In this document: in pieces, positions 40,329 through 52,094 of the stretch | How positions within the stretch are numbered: position 1 is the stretch's first letter | Layout: each line of letters begins with the position of its first letter | Source: Selaginella moellendorffii | Taxonomy: Eukaryota > Plantae > Lycopodiophyta | Assembly (NCBI RefSeq): GCF_000143415.4 | Contig: NW_003314302.1 | Span: 1,339,752-1,403,751, forward strand | Direction of reading: 5' to 3' | Length of the DNA: 64,000 bases | Made by a program: the position numbers and the translations under genes | The notes under the pieces: model-generated | What the model saw: only the letters and a program-made list of their open reading frames with translations | Database searches by the model: none | What the model was told of the DNA's origin: nothing

Positions 40329-43300
40329 TCAGACTATTATTTTTTGCCTCCAACGCCTATACAATAATCTTGGAATTTCATCACTCTCCACACTATCAGG
40401 ATTTAAACCCAATAGTAATGCCATCTCTTCTCTAATACGTCCACGCTCATGTTCAGTGGTCGAAGAACCCATCCGGTTGAGTAGATTATGGAGATGCGGA
40501 TAGTGCTTGGCTAGACAATATACATGCCATAAATGATGACTGGTGTCTGTCCGGTCAAATGGCTTCTGATATACCGTTCCATCTGCCATTTGGTTGATTT
40601 CTGCAGCCACCTCCTGGACTGGCCGGTTCTCTATCACCATCGCTCCAAACCGTTTTGCAAGGTCCCCCAGAACATACGGTTTCTTCTCCCTAGTTTCCAT
40701 ACTGCAAGAGATGGGGTGCACTGCATATGTGTGCGTGTTCGCTGCAGTTTTAATCAGCGAGTCATCGATGATGAGGATTTCACTTGACCTAGCAGTCCGG
40801 TTCATCACTACAGCCTTTGGCTTGACGAAGATGGGCTTGCTACCCCTCACATGGACCATAGTCAAGCAATCCTCCTGCGTTAGGAGAAAGTCAAATGGTA
40901 ATATTACTTGCGTCTGATCGTGCATCATCTGTAGCAACGTTAATGCATTGTGGCGCATCATGGATGTCCAAACTCCTAATTGCAAATTGAACCCGGCCCT
41001 CTGTTTTAAGTGTCGCATGGTCATTATTAGATCCCACAGTTTCTCCCGTGTGATTAATGTGAATTTGTCTCTTTTGACCAACTTGCGACCGCAGGCTTTG
41101 GAGGGTGCAGTGACATTCGAGGACGAGCCACGCTCATGGGAGAAAAGGACACCGTTCAGATCAAAAACTATACAGTACCTTCGCCGTGACTCTGAAATGA
41201 AATGCGTCAGCATAAAAAATGGTACAAGTCAATTTTACCATCTACAATATTAGCGAATGGTGCTCCCGATGGTCGTTGAGAGGGTTTTGGTCGAGGAAAC
41301 GTGAAGGGCGGAAATACTCTCTTCTGCAATGTGGGGTCAATCGCATTCGATGGCGTGTGGGCACATGCCATTTCAGCTGTAGACTCTGGTACAACTGGCT
41401 CAACAGTGGCATGGGGTGGTTCCGATGGCGTGTGATCACACGCCATTTCAGCTGGTGCCTCCATTGGCAAAGTGGACATGACCGAACAGGCAGCAGGGGC
41501 GGTGTAGGGAGGTTCCAACGGTGCGTAGTCAGACGATTGAGCACACGTTGAGTCTGTTGGAAATGAGGATACGACCGGCTCGGCGGCTGGGGCGGCCTCT
41601 GCGGCTGGGGCGGCTCAGCCGGGTCACCGTCAATTGGATACGTGGACAAGATTGACTCTGTGGTATGGGCAGCATCAAGTGGAGCGTGGTCAGCTTGCTT
41701 GGCGTTGATATGGATAGTAGCCTCCACCAGCTTTGATGACTCTTGCAGGCAAGTAGAGTCCACTGGCGGATCCATATGCATGTCCAAATATCTCCCTTCG
41801 ATTGAGATGGTATCCTCCCGTGCTACTAAAAACAAACTCATTAGCACATTGAATCGACTATACTGTATTTACCATCAACTGCTATTGAGAAACTAGGACC
41901 GATATCACTTGGGCACACTGCTGATTCTGAAGGATTGGACATACGTTTCGACCTTTGCTTGGCACTATCCTTCCTCGACACTAAAGGCTAGAGTTTGTAT
42001 ATTAATTCAACTGAATAATCTCTACTTACCATTTGCTCTACGACCTACATGGACAATGTTAGAAATGGTAAAAGGTTAGGAATGGATGTACTATTATTTA
42101 CCTGATGGTTTGTCTTGTATGACCTTCCTCTGCTGCTCTTTGGCCACCTCAGGTTAGCCATCGTCGTCATCGTCGTCGTTGTTATTGTGATCGTCACCAT
42201 TGTGAGGACCATCCAAGTCCTCTTTGTCCTCCTCTTCTTCGTCCTCCTCTTCTTTGTCCTCCTCTTCGTCCTTCTGCTCTTCCTGCTCATTATCTTTCTC
42301 TGGCTCCTCATCCCCCTCCTGCATTTCTTCCATAGGCTGCTCAGGCTGGATGGCTTATTCTTCCAGGACCATCTTGGGAAAATCATCTAGCCGAGTCTCC
42401 ATCTCAAAATACAAGACATCCATGGCCTGTTTTAGTGTGTGACCTAGGACTGTATCCTCACCCAACTGTCTTAACATGGTGTCTGCACGTTCTTGCACCC
42501 TTCGAAGACGACGAGATGAGAAAAACATGGCCCTGACTTGAAAAGCATCCCTCATCCATTGTACCTCTCCATTGAGATTGGGGAAGGGGAGTCCACCATA
42601 GGAATCTGAGTCAGGAGGTGGTGACTGGTTGCTTTCACTCAGCCCTTGATCTGCAATGAATGGCATGAGCACACATGCCATAACCGCGAGGCATTACCTA
42701 TCATCTTTTTGTTGCCCTTCTTCCTTTTCAAATCAAACGCCTCTGATCCCGATGACTGTCCAATGTGCTTTTGCTTTTTATGACCACTGTCAGTTTGAGC
42801 TTGGCTGGTGCTTGCCTATTTTGCCTTTGAAGAAGTGTCTCCTGCAAGGAATGGCATGAGACCACACGCCATTGCAAATATAATTTGTACCTCCTTTTTT
42901 CCTATTGCTTGTCTATTTGTCCTTCTTCGACGCGCCACTAGTGCGCTTTTCAGTCCTCGTGTCTGAATATTCACAACGATCTATAATCAAAATGGCGTGA
43001 GGCCTCACGTGACCTTACCTTGTGCAGGTTGTGAGCTCAGCCCAACATGGGTATCTTCAACAGTAGCTGTTAACGCCGTTTCAGCATCTGGGGGTGGCCA
43101 CGCTCCTGCATACAGAGCTTGTGAGATAACATTTAAACTTAAAGTGCGTACTCACCAGGTTCGCAAAGAAGATACTGTTTTTCTTTGGCAACTGTAATTA
43201 TATGCTCCATTGAAGTCACCTCTTCAATGGAGTTTGTCACCGCAACACACGGGACACCCTTGAGTAGTGCGGCTCGAAAGAATAGTCCGCCGCAGTTGTA

Positions 43301-45676
43301 CTCGACAACGCATTTGCCCTTGGAGTCGGAAGCAGGTGACCCACCCGCTATTGCGTTGAAGACCCAGTTGAGCATTTCCCATGCTGCACCTGGAGCTTTC
43401 TCTGGATTCGAAAGCTCCATAGCCGTCTTCAGTTCCTTAGGCACGGGTAAATTGACCTCCCTCAGATCAATTCGATCGGCCTTGTCGAACGAAGCTGGGA
43501 AGTCACTCCAGTCCCACTCTGCTGCAGGACCAATAACAAGGGCGAGTGTGAAGATGCGGACATTCGTCGGTATCTTCTTCTTAGCCATTATCCCATGGAT
43601 CTCCCGCATCTCCTTGCCTTTCAACCGAGCCTTCACCTCGTTCAAGGCCTTCCAGAACTTGTGATAGGATTCGGAGTCGTAGATCATATAGTGGACTGAA
43701 GATTCCACCTCCGCAAGTCCCACCATTAAGTCAATGATGGAGCTGACTTCGTCTGCATGAGTGATCTCCTCGTTTGTGAAGTCCATCACACAAAAGATGT
43801 TCTTGACCTGCTCATCTCTGCGGGAAACGATGCTCCTCCACCTTTGATCCTCATCCGAATTCATGTATACCCGGTAAGGTTCTCGATAGGCCTCTGCTGC
43901 GGGGTTGAGCTGTTTCTGAAGCCGGCAGTCGACATCCCTCTTAATGAAATTTGGATACTGATCCAACTTCTCAGCTTTACTTTTCGTGGCATCCTATAGC
44001 AGATCGATGAACTTGGGGGCCCCCTTCATGTACTCGTCGATGTCTTCATTTGACAACTCCAGCTCTTCCATCATCTCTTGCGTGGTGTCGATGCTCACCC
44101 TCTCCACGGCCACTTGCTCGAAGATCCAATCCTTTAATAGCGCACGAGCTCTCAGAGTCGTGCACAAGTCCTCGTATGTCACAATATGGCCGGGAGTCAT
44201 TTTGGTCTTGTTGAAGACTACCTCACCACGTAGAAGAGCATTAGCCACTGTCAAAAGGTCGTCGTCATCTAGAGACCGCGAGAAACGCAAGGCGTTGAGC
44301 TTCAAATCATTGGGCTTCCGGCCGTCCTCCACACCTATTGAGTTTAGCAACTCCCCGTCATAGTACCTCCTCAGCACATCTACCCATTTGTCAAAAACAA
44401 CTTTTGTCGCGAGTAGAATGTTATGGATGCTGAGTGTGTCATTGACCCCCAGTGTTTTCGAAAGAAGACTCGAGAATTCCTGCAATGGAAATGGCGTGAG
44501 GCCACATGCTATGCCACATGCAACGAGGCTTACCTGCCAAGCGCTAGTTGCTAGTGCACGTCCTTGTCCTAGTTTTTGTGGCTTCTTCAGTTGAACCCAG
44601 AGCTTCCGTGTTCGTGCCAATGTCTCGTGTAGACCCGATTTGTAGCATGTTTCTTGCTTGACATTCTGCGTGTGGGAGATGTATATGATAGATCGGAGGG
44701 GCGAGTTGCCTTTTATCAGGCGGACAACTCTTGTCTTGAAGACTTTCTTCACCTCCTCGCCCACCATAATATCCACAACTATCTCTTGCATCGCCAAGCT
44801 AGAATGCTGCCCGGAGACGGCATAGAACCGGATGTTCTGATCGTCCAACACCTTCCTATTGATCAAGTCTAGAAACCTCGTCTCGCCCTTCATTGTTCAG
44901 TAGTAGGGGATCACGTCTACGATGTCGGGTGTTACTGGACTTGCCAGCATCTTCTGCTTTAGTTTCTCCACCCACTCATCAGATACTAGCCTGTGGTTGT
45001 ATTTGCTTTGGATGTTGATACGGCTCACGTCGATTGTATATACGTTGTTGGAATAGTAACAAGTACTATTATCTGCGACGATTTTTGCTGCCTCTTCTTG
45101 CTCTTTCTGCTCTTTGCGGCTCTTCTTTTTGGTGGGTGTAGTGTTCGAACCCGAGGCAATGGCATCACCGAGTAGCTTCTTTTTTGGAGCAGGAGAGTCG
45201 GACGTCGGCTTGAGCTTGACCACCCTTTTTTGCTTCGGGGTAGTTTCCAGATCGACCCCCTTCCCCTTCGCTTCGCGAACTGGAGGCACTCTCAACGGCT
45301 CAATGTTGGAATATAGTTTTTGAACATCGCCGTAGGTGAGGTCCGTGGATTCCATGTGATCTTCATAGACCCGCAGCGTCTTTGAAATTGTGGGCCTCCT
45401 GGACAACCTCTCCCTAGCTCCCTCTAGGAATTCCTCATAGCCGCTGCCCCCCTCCGGGAAGCCGCTAGGATGTGCAAGGTGGATCTTGAAGGCGGACGCT
45501 GTCTCTACCACAAGTGCCAGTCCATATTCTTGCATGGAACTGCATGGAGTGTCTGTCACTTGGATGAGGATCCCCATGCATTCTTTTCTCCCACCATCTG
45601 TGTTGTACAGCCTCAGATCCTCGCCTTCCATCCCAAAAGTCCAACTGGTGAGCTCCTCCCCCTTCTCTGCATCCAT
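40329..45676 (-). pseudogene. Transposon accessory gene: ParB-like domain + degenerate beta-class DNA MTase fold + acidic/low-complexity linker + FCP1/NIF-like HAD phosphatase; multi-exon, disrupted
   Basis: ParB-like: YTIDVSRINIQSKYNHRLVSDEWVEKLKQKM...FYAVSGQHSSLAMQEI. MTase-like: IFCVMDF...NPEKAPGAAWEMLNWVF...GKCVVEYNCGGLFFRAALLKGVPCVAV. FCP1-like: CIVFDLNGVL...LGVWTS...KPIFVK...ILIIDDSLIK..N. Phase-consistent introns at 44480-44533, 43106-43155, 42981-43018, 42842-42890, 42651-42697, plus likely introns at ~42044-42101, ~41982-42028, ~41826-41872. Several in-frame stops and frameshifts. Confidence 0.65.
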
Positions 45677-46981
45677 ATTGACAGTGGCTAGAAGAAGAAC
45701 GCAATTCCTCGCCTATTCAGAAATGCACAACAATTAGAGCTGACAGATGAAAAGCTAGTAGCTGGAAATAACGTGAGGCCACACGCCATTCACCACTGCA
45801 TCAGATGTCTTGAGGCTACATCCTAAGATGGCGTGAGGCTACACGCCATCTGTAACCGGACTGCACTCAAGAGCCCAATCGGTGTATGCCAATGTTGCTA
45901 CTGAATGGCTTGTGGCCTCATGCCATTTTTTACTTGGCCTAAAAGACTTACCATTTGAAGCCGAATGGAGGCGTGACAATCGAGGCCGGACTCGCTGGCG
46001 AAATGTGCACTGTGTGTGCAGCGGATCATAGCAGCAAGGCTAACTCTGCCACTTACAGTTGGAGAGTGGCACTGAAATCTCCCGGGACGCCAAGTGGGCT
46101 ACGTGTGGGTGGCGGAGTGGGCGGCAGAGTTGGCGGCAAAGTTACAAACTGGGTGTGTCTTGAAGTGGACGCCGATGCACACGAGTGCGATGCGAGCGCG
46201 AGTGTGATGCAAGCGCGAGTGGATGCCAATGCACATGAGGAACCTGTAGAGAAGGTAGATGAGCGCGAATGTGAGCGTGATCGCGAGTGGGAGCGCGATA
46301 CGAGCGCGAGTACGATGCAAAACCTAACCTCACACGCGCGAAATGTCACGACGGTTGGTAATCCCGCAACGTCATCATTCCTCGGACTTGGGCGCCACCA
46401 TTAATTTCTGGATCGCCGCGCGCATGCATGCACGTGAAATCCAAAAGAAATCCGCAACGCCATCATTCCTCGGACTGCATGCATGCGAAATCCAAAAGAA
46501 AGATCATGATTGGGATATCATTTAATACCCTTGCTATATTTATACCATGCATGATTGGATATTCCAAAGCATCTTGTATTTCCAAAAATGCCAGATGTTC
46601 AGCTAAATAAAGAATGGTATACAATGTCCTTCTTGATGACCTTACAAAGAAGCATCTCGATCAGACACCACATGAGACCACACAAGCCTTACAATGTTTT
46701 AGGGGCATTTGCCATAGATCCGACCGTTATTTTGCTCCAAGATTCTACAGTTTGGTGTGTATTGACCTTTCCATCGACACTGCAAAGGGACATCACAATC
46801 AGATGCAAGATCACAAGAAACCAACTTCACTAACTCTGGTTTCACCAAGATCTACGTAAGGAGTTATGAAATGAAAGGACCCTCTCTATTGAAATGTGTT
46901 TATGGTCCTAGGGGCATTGTGACATATCAAAGGATTTTGCATCAAGTTCTGTATTTGCATGTTTATCAAGCTACTGAATTG

Positions 46982-47000
46982 CTAAACCCTAAACCCTAAA
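46982..47000 (+). promoter_or_regulatory. Telo-box / interstitial plant telomere repeat in the divergent promoter region
   Basis: ctaaaccctaaaccctaaa (~2.7 CCCTAAA units) between the two divergent transposon genes. Confidence 0.45.
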
Positions 47001-48295
47001 CATGTGGCAAATGCTGTGTGAAGAAAGATGCCCTTTCTGGGCAAATGCTGTAAGAGGCAGATGCCGAGCAGATGTATCTCAAGCTAGCGAAGGGGACAAA
47101 CGAAAGCCAGCTATAAACATGACGGGATGCAAATAGATTACTAGGCTAGTCCTACGAAAATCAAAAACCATAATTGAAAACATTGAAAATGCAAAAAGAA
47201 AGGTTTATAATATTTTTGAATTTTAAGCAACCAAAGGAATGTAAGTAGGGCATGTATTTGTAAGTTTAAAAATGCCTCAACCATTTAAATTCCCAAGTAA
47301 ATAAAGCTGTTTCTATTTTTGGTACAGGTAAACTTTATAGCATGTGGGCTCATGCAATTTTGAACCCAAAAATGCACCAAAAAATGCTCGACTAGCATTA
47401 TTCTTTGAATGGCGTGTGGCCTTATATTGCCATAAATGGACGTACACACACAGCATAATTATTCCTTTACACGGCGAATAATCTTGGCGCGGATCGCTGA
47501 CATGGCATGGCAAAGTTCGAATCACTAACATGGCATAGCTGGATCGAGGCAAGGACATGATGTGACAAAGTTCAACCTCCGACAGCAAAGTCTAGAAGCT
47601 ACTCAGTTTGAAATTTGTCAGAGGAATCATAAGATCTGGTTTGTCAGAGGATTTGATGTGATGTTCAAGTGTGTGTTTTTTTTGAATTTTCGAACTCATT
47701 CCTAGGTCTATCATTTTTGTGCGCCGTGTTCTTGGTTCCGCTGAGCGCAGTGAGCGTTGCTTGTGTAAGCGGCGTTGTGAGCTGTGGTTTATGCGTCTAC
47801 GAGCGGTTGCGGCATTGCGAGCGCCATTGCGAGCGGCAGTTTATGCGAGTGGCAGTTTGTGCAAGCGGCGCTACGAGCAGTTGCGGTGTTGCGAGCGGTG
47901 CTACGAGTAGTTGCGGTGTTGCGAGCGACACTGTCTTTGGTGTGGCTACCGCTTCCTCTTGATATTCGGCACTTGTGCTTCCTAGTATGTTCACCATGGA
48001 ATGGCTTAGGACCACATTTAGAAATGGCATGAGGCCACATGCCATCTTGGGCCCTTGCAATTTCATGGCTAGCGTATTGTCATGTATGTTTTTACTTGCC
48101 TGCAGCTGTGTGTATATCAAGATGGCATGAGGCCTCATGCCAATTTTGTGAATGCGAAATTTCACGTGGGTGTCAATAGCATGTTTGAATAATGGCATGT
48201 GGCCTCATGCTATTGAGGTTGTTTGGTATGTTATGATTTAGGCCATTCTCTAATCATTTTTTGTATGGTCTTAACTTCTTTTTTGCACTTTCAGA

Positions 48296-51196
48296 ATGGC
48301 CTCCGCAAGTGTGACGCATGTTCCCTTCGTGGATCTTAAGAACCGTGCTACATGGATTCAGGCAAAGGTGTTTCTAAACAACCCCGAGGGAGAGGTGATA
48401 GCTGAGGGCTTAGCCACAGTTGTCGATCCAAGAGATGCGGTTGCTAATCAAGAATTGGGCTGGGATGATATTAGAGTTGCGATTTTAGAGGTTGTTGACA
48501 CAGAAGAAAACAATCTGACTATTAAAAGCATTGTGCAGTGGAAATTGAGGCACTTAGTGTTTGAGAATGTGAAGGATTCACAATCAAACACCACTACAAC
48601 TGATGACAAAACATCTCTTCATGGGAAAAGAAAGTACAGCTTCCTAAAGCGTAGCCAAAGGGATCTGAGCAACGAACCGAAAAGGCAGAAAATGGCGATG
48701 GAGGTTCGAATGGTCTCGACAGTTGCTTGTTGCAAGAGGAGGTGCTGTCAATATGCTGATTGGGATGCTATTGAAGAGGAGAGAGCAAGATACAAGACAT
48801 TGTCCTGGAAGGCAGCTCGCAATTTTGTGTATGAGGCATTCCGGTCATCTGTTGATGCTTCAGAACATCAGGTGGGGGCCATAGTCTTCCAGAGGGGTTT
48901 GGTCTGCATGAAGGAATAGAGAATCATTTATGGAGTCCCTCAAACCACATTCTACAGAATCAAAACTGAGTTCGAGGAACAAAGGGTTCAACAGGCAGTC
49001 CATGGGAACGATGGTACGCACAAAACCAGGGGTCATGTTGTATATGGAGAGGCAATCTTCAAGAGGTTTGTCGAGACATGTAGCGAGTAGCAACCACATA
49101 AAACCCGCCTCTTGGAAGATGGAACACGAGACACCCAACGAGTTCTCCCTTCCATGTATACCAAGGGGGCCATATTGGAAGATGTGAATCGGGAACTCCA
49201 GAGTAATGGCTACAGGAAGCTGAGCCAATCTAGATTTAGTAGATTGTGGAGCAACAGGTTTAGGGATGTGAGTATAGGAAAGTACTCCAGCTTTTCAAAG
49301 TGTGACGAGTGCACTGCTATCAAAATGGCTTTGTCGAAGAATTCTTGCATCGCTCAAGAGCGAGAGACGTTGGTTAGAAGGCGGCTCGACCACAACATCG
49401 AGTAGAGAAGCTGCAGAACTGCATATTATCATAACAGGATTCTCTCCATGGAGAGACCTGACTCTTACCTCTGCATCATCCACGACAAAATGGACCAGAA
49501 AAAGACGTGCTTACCTCCACTCAATCCTGCCCCCAAGGCAATCTCTTCATCCATGCAACTGCCTGTGTCTCTGTTTGGCATAATCGCTCATGGGCATGGT
49601 GCCCAGAACTATGGGAACTTCTTTGTACCTCTATGGGGTGGCGGGGGTGCAAACATGATGATTGCGTCCCTAGCAAAACACTTAAGGTCTCTGCAAAGTG
49701 CGCAGACTGAGCTGAACGGCCAACCCTTGCATAAGGCCCTTGTCAATCGAACCCCATACAAGGTTCAGCTGGAGGAGGAGCAAAGGCTTGCAGTATCGCG
49801 TGGGGCCCCATGCCATCCCAGTGAATATGTTGGCCGTCAGATTGTAGGGTTATCACGTGAGGCCTCATGCCATTCCGACGAGGTTGGTCGCCCGGTGAAT
49901 GCACAGCCTCATCCAAATGAAGCAGAATCTCAAGGAAGTTCTTGCAGCCGATGTGGCCTTCCACCCCATCTTCTGCTCCAAACAGACAATGCTGGCAGTG
50001 AGAACAAAAACATGTACATCTTCACGTACTTGGCGATGCTTGTTGCCAAAGGCATATTTGAAACAGTTACACTTGGCTTTCTCATGGTTGGGCACACTCA
50101 TGAAGACGTTGATGCCATATTCAGTCACCTGGCAGAGTCCCTCCGGCGATCCAATGTCCTCACCCTCCCACAACTCTACGATGAATTCCAAAATTGCATC
50201 AAAGGCACTGTTGAAGCTGCACTTGTGACAGAGGTTCCAGACTTTAAGGGGTTTGTAAGAGGCTACATCAAGGACGGATCCAAAACGCTGATTGGCCACT
50301 CCAAGCCTCTTCAGTTTCATTTCAGCATGCGTGACAGTGCTCCAGTGATGAGGTACAAGATGAGAGAATGGGACACACAGTGTGGCTGCCAGTGGACGGC
50401 ATTGAACTCTTCAAGAGAGATCCCATAACTGGGGAACCTATGATTCCTCAGGGTTCCCCACGGCCGATGCACCCGGATGGACTCAAAGACCAGGAAAGTA
50501 TAGTGGCCGGGATTAGACAGCATATTGCCTTCTGGAAGAGGGGGTTGGTGTTTGGTGGAGAATCCTATTTTCAGAGGTGCAAGCCTTTGCTCGAATACTG
50601 GGAGAAGATTATATCTGCTATCCAAAATGGGCCGGTTGTATATGAAGAATTGGAAAAGTCCTTTTGGCCAGAACCCAGAGCACCAGATAGTAGCAGAACA
50701 ATGTCCTCTGGAAATGCAGTGACAGATAACGATGTTGAGGATCACTATTGTGGGCCGAGGAACAAGAAGCCGGATTCAGCATTCAATCCAGTACAGGTCT
50801 GCAAAGGAATGGTCGTACTTGTCAGACCCAGTAATAAAAAACAAATGATATGGGTGGGGCGTTGCATCACTGATGCAGAGGAGGACGCGGAAACTAACTC
50901 CTTCAATGTAACTGTGGAGTGGTTCAAGCCAAGTTCCGGATATACGAAGGATTGCCTAGAAAAGAGATGGGTGCTGAATCCAAGGGATCCCAGCATGAGC
51001 ATATCGGTGAATAATGTTGTGCATGGTTGGATGCGGAAGCAGAGTGCCACCATCACCTTGACAAACTATGCAAGAGATGCAGAAAGAGCATTCATAACCC
51101 GGGTTCAAGGTGAGATTCATTAATATTCCTTTACTAAGTTTCTAATATATTTTATTTCAAGGTGAACAATCCGAATCTGAATCAGAGGAGGCGTGA
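48296..51196 (+). pseudogene. Sola-like DDD transposase, disrupted
   Basis: One frame from 48296 with three TAG stops (48917, ~49088, 49403) and a frameshift at ~50378. Motifs: CCKRRCC, VHGN, FSKCDECTAIK, LCIIHDKMDQKKT, LLLQTDNAGSENKN, GFLMVGHTHEDVDAIFS; C-terminal beta-rich domain (GMVVLVRP..IWVGRC..VTVEWF). Short last exon ending TGA at 51194-51196. Confidence 0.8.
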
Positions 51197-51836
51197 TGGC
51201 ATGTGGCCTTACGCCATTCCTAGGTGAGATGATACAAATAACAAGTATAAATTCTTAGTTGTTCTAGCAAATCTTACTTAAAGTTCAAGGTGAACAAGCC
51301 GAATATGAATTCATCGAATTGTTATAACAAATTGCGAGGTGATGGCATGAGGCGATACGCCATTTGAGAGTGGTAGCCATTCTTATATGAGGTGAGTGAA
51401 ATATTTATTAGAAATACCTCATTCAATTGTGCACTTCTAAGTCTTGGTCCACTCAGTACTGTTTGCATGTTTTTATTTTAATTCTTTCTCTAAAATGTTA
51501 TTTAGCATGTGGCTTCATGCCATTGCTCTCCACAATCATGCATTGAATTTTTCTATCCTTGCATAATACTTCTCCATATATATAGCATGTGCGCACATGT
51601 GATATGGTTCATTAGGCCTGATATAGTGTGTGAGGTAAAACAAAGATGATGTGACATATGCATTTACCAATCACACGTGCATAAATCTAATAATATGGCG
51701 TGTGGCCCATATTAATGGCACATAAACCCATATTGTGGGCTTACGTGCTTTATGTACCATCATTCCCTTGCAGCGTGTGTGTTGGTTTCCTTTTATAACA
51801 CAACGAACTCCATATTTTAGGGTGAAGAGCGTTCTC

Positions 51837-52094
51837 ATGGCAAGCACAAAATCTGTAAGTGAGGCAGAAAAGGAGACAAAGAAGGAGATAGGTGAAGATG
51901 TAGAATATATAAGTCTTCCAAACTCCCCGTACTATACTCCAGGTGATCATTTTTCTGAACAAACAGCAACATTAACAACTATCGAGAACGCCCTAGTAAT
52001 GTCAGAGACAACAATCCAAAGCAAAACAACTGACCCGGAGAAGGATGATAGTACCGCTGAGAGTACCAAAAAGGAGGTGTCCACTAGCGCTTAG
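51837..52094 (+). CDS. Small acidic/Ser-Thr-rich ORF (85 aa) inside the transposon; possible third gene or exon
   Basis: MASTKSVSEAEKETKKEIGEDVEY...EVSTSA*, preceded by acceptor-like 'attttag' at 51820 and flanked by palindrome copies. No homology recognised. Confidence 0.25.
   Translation: MASTKSVSEAEKETKKEIGEDVEYISLPNSPYYTPGDHFSEQTATLTTIENALVMSETTIQSKTTDPEKDDSTAESTKKEVSTSA

Noticed and set aside
42130-42340. Hydrophobic membrane-protein ORF on the + strand (42115-42390)
   Set aside because: Antisense reading of the Glu/Asp-rich low-complexity exon of the minus-strand accessory gene.
46982-47000. Chromosome end or telomere healing site
   Set aside because: Fewer than three repeat units inside a promoter-like region; better read as a telo-box.
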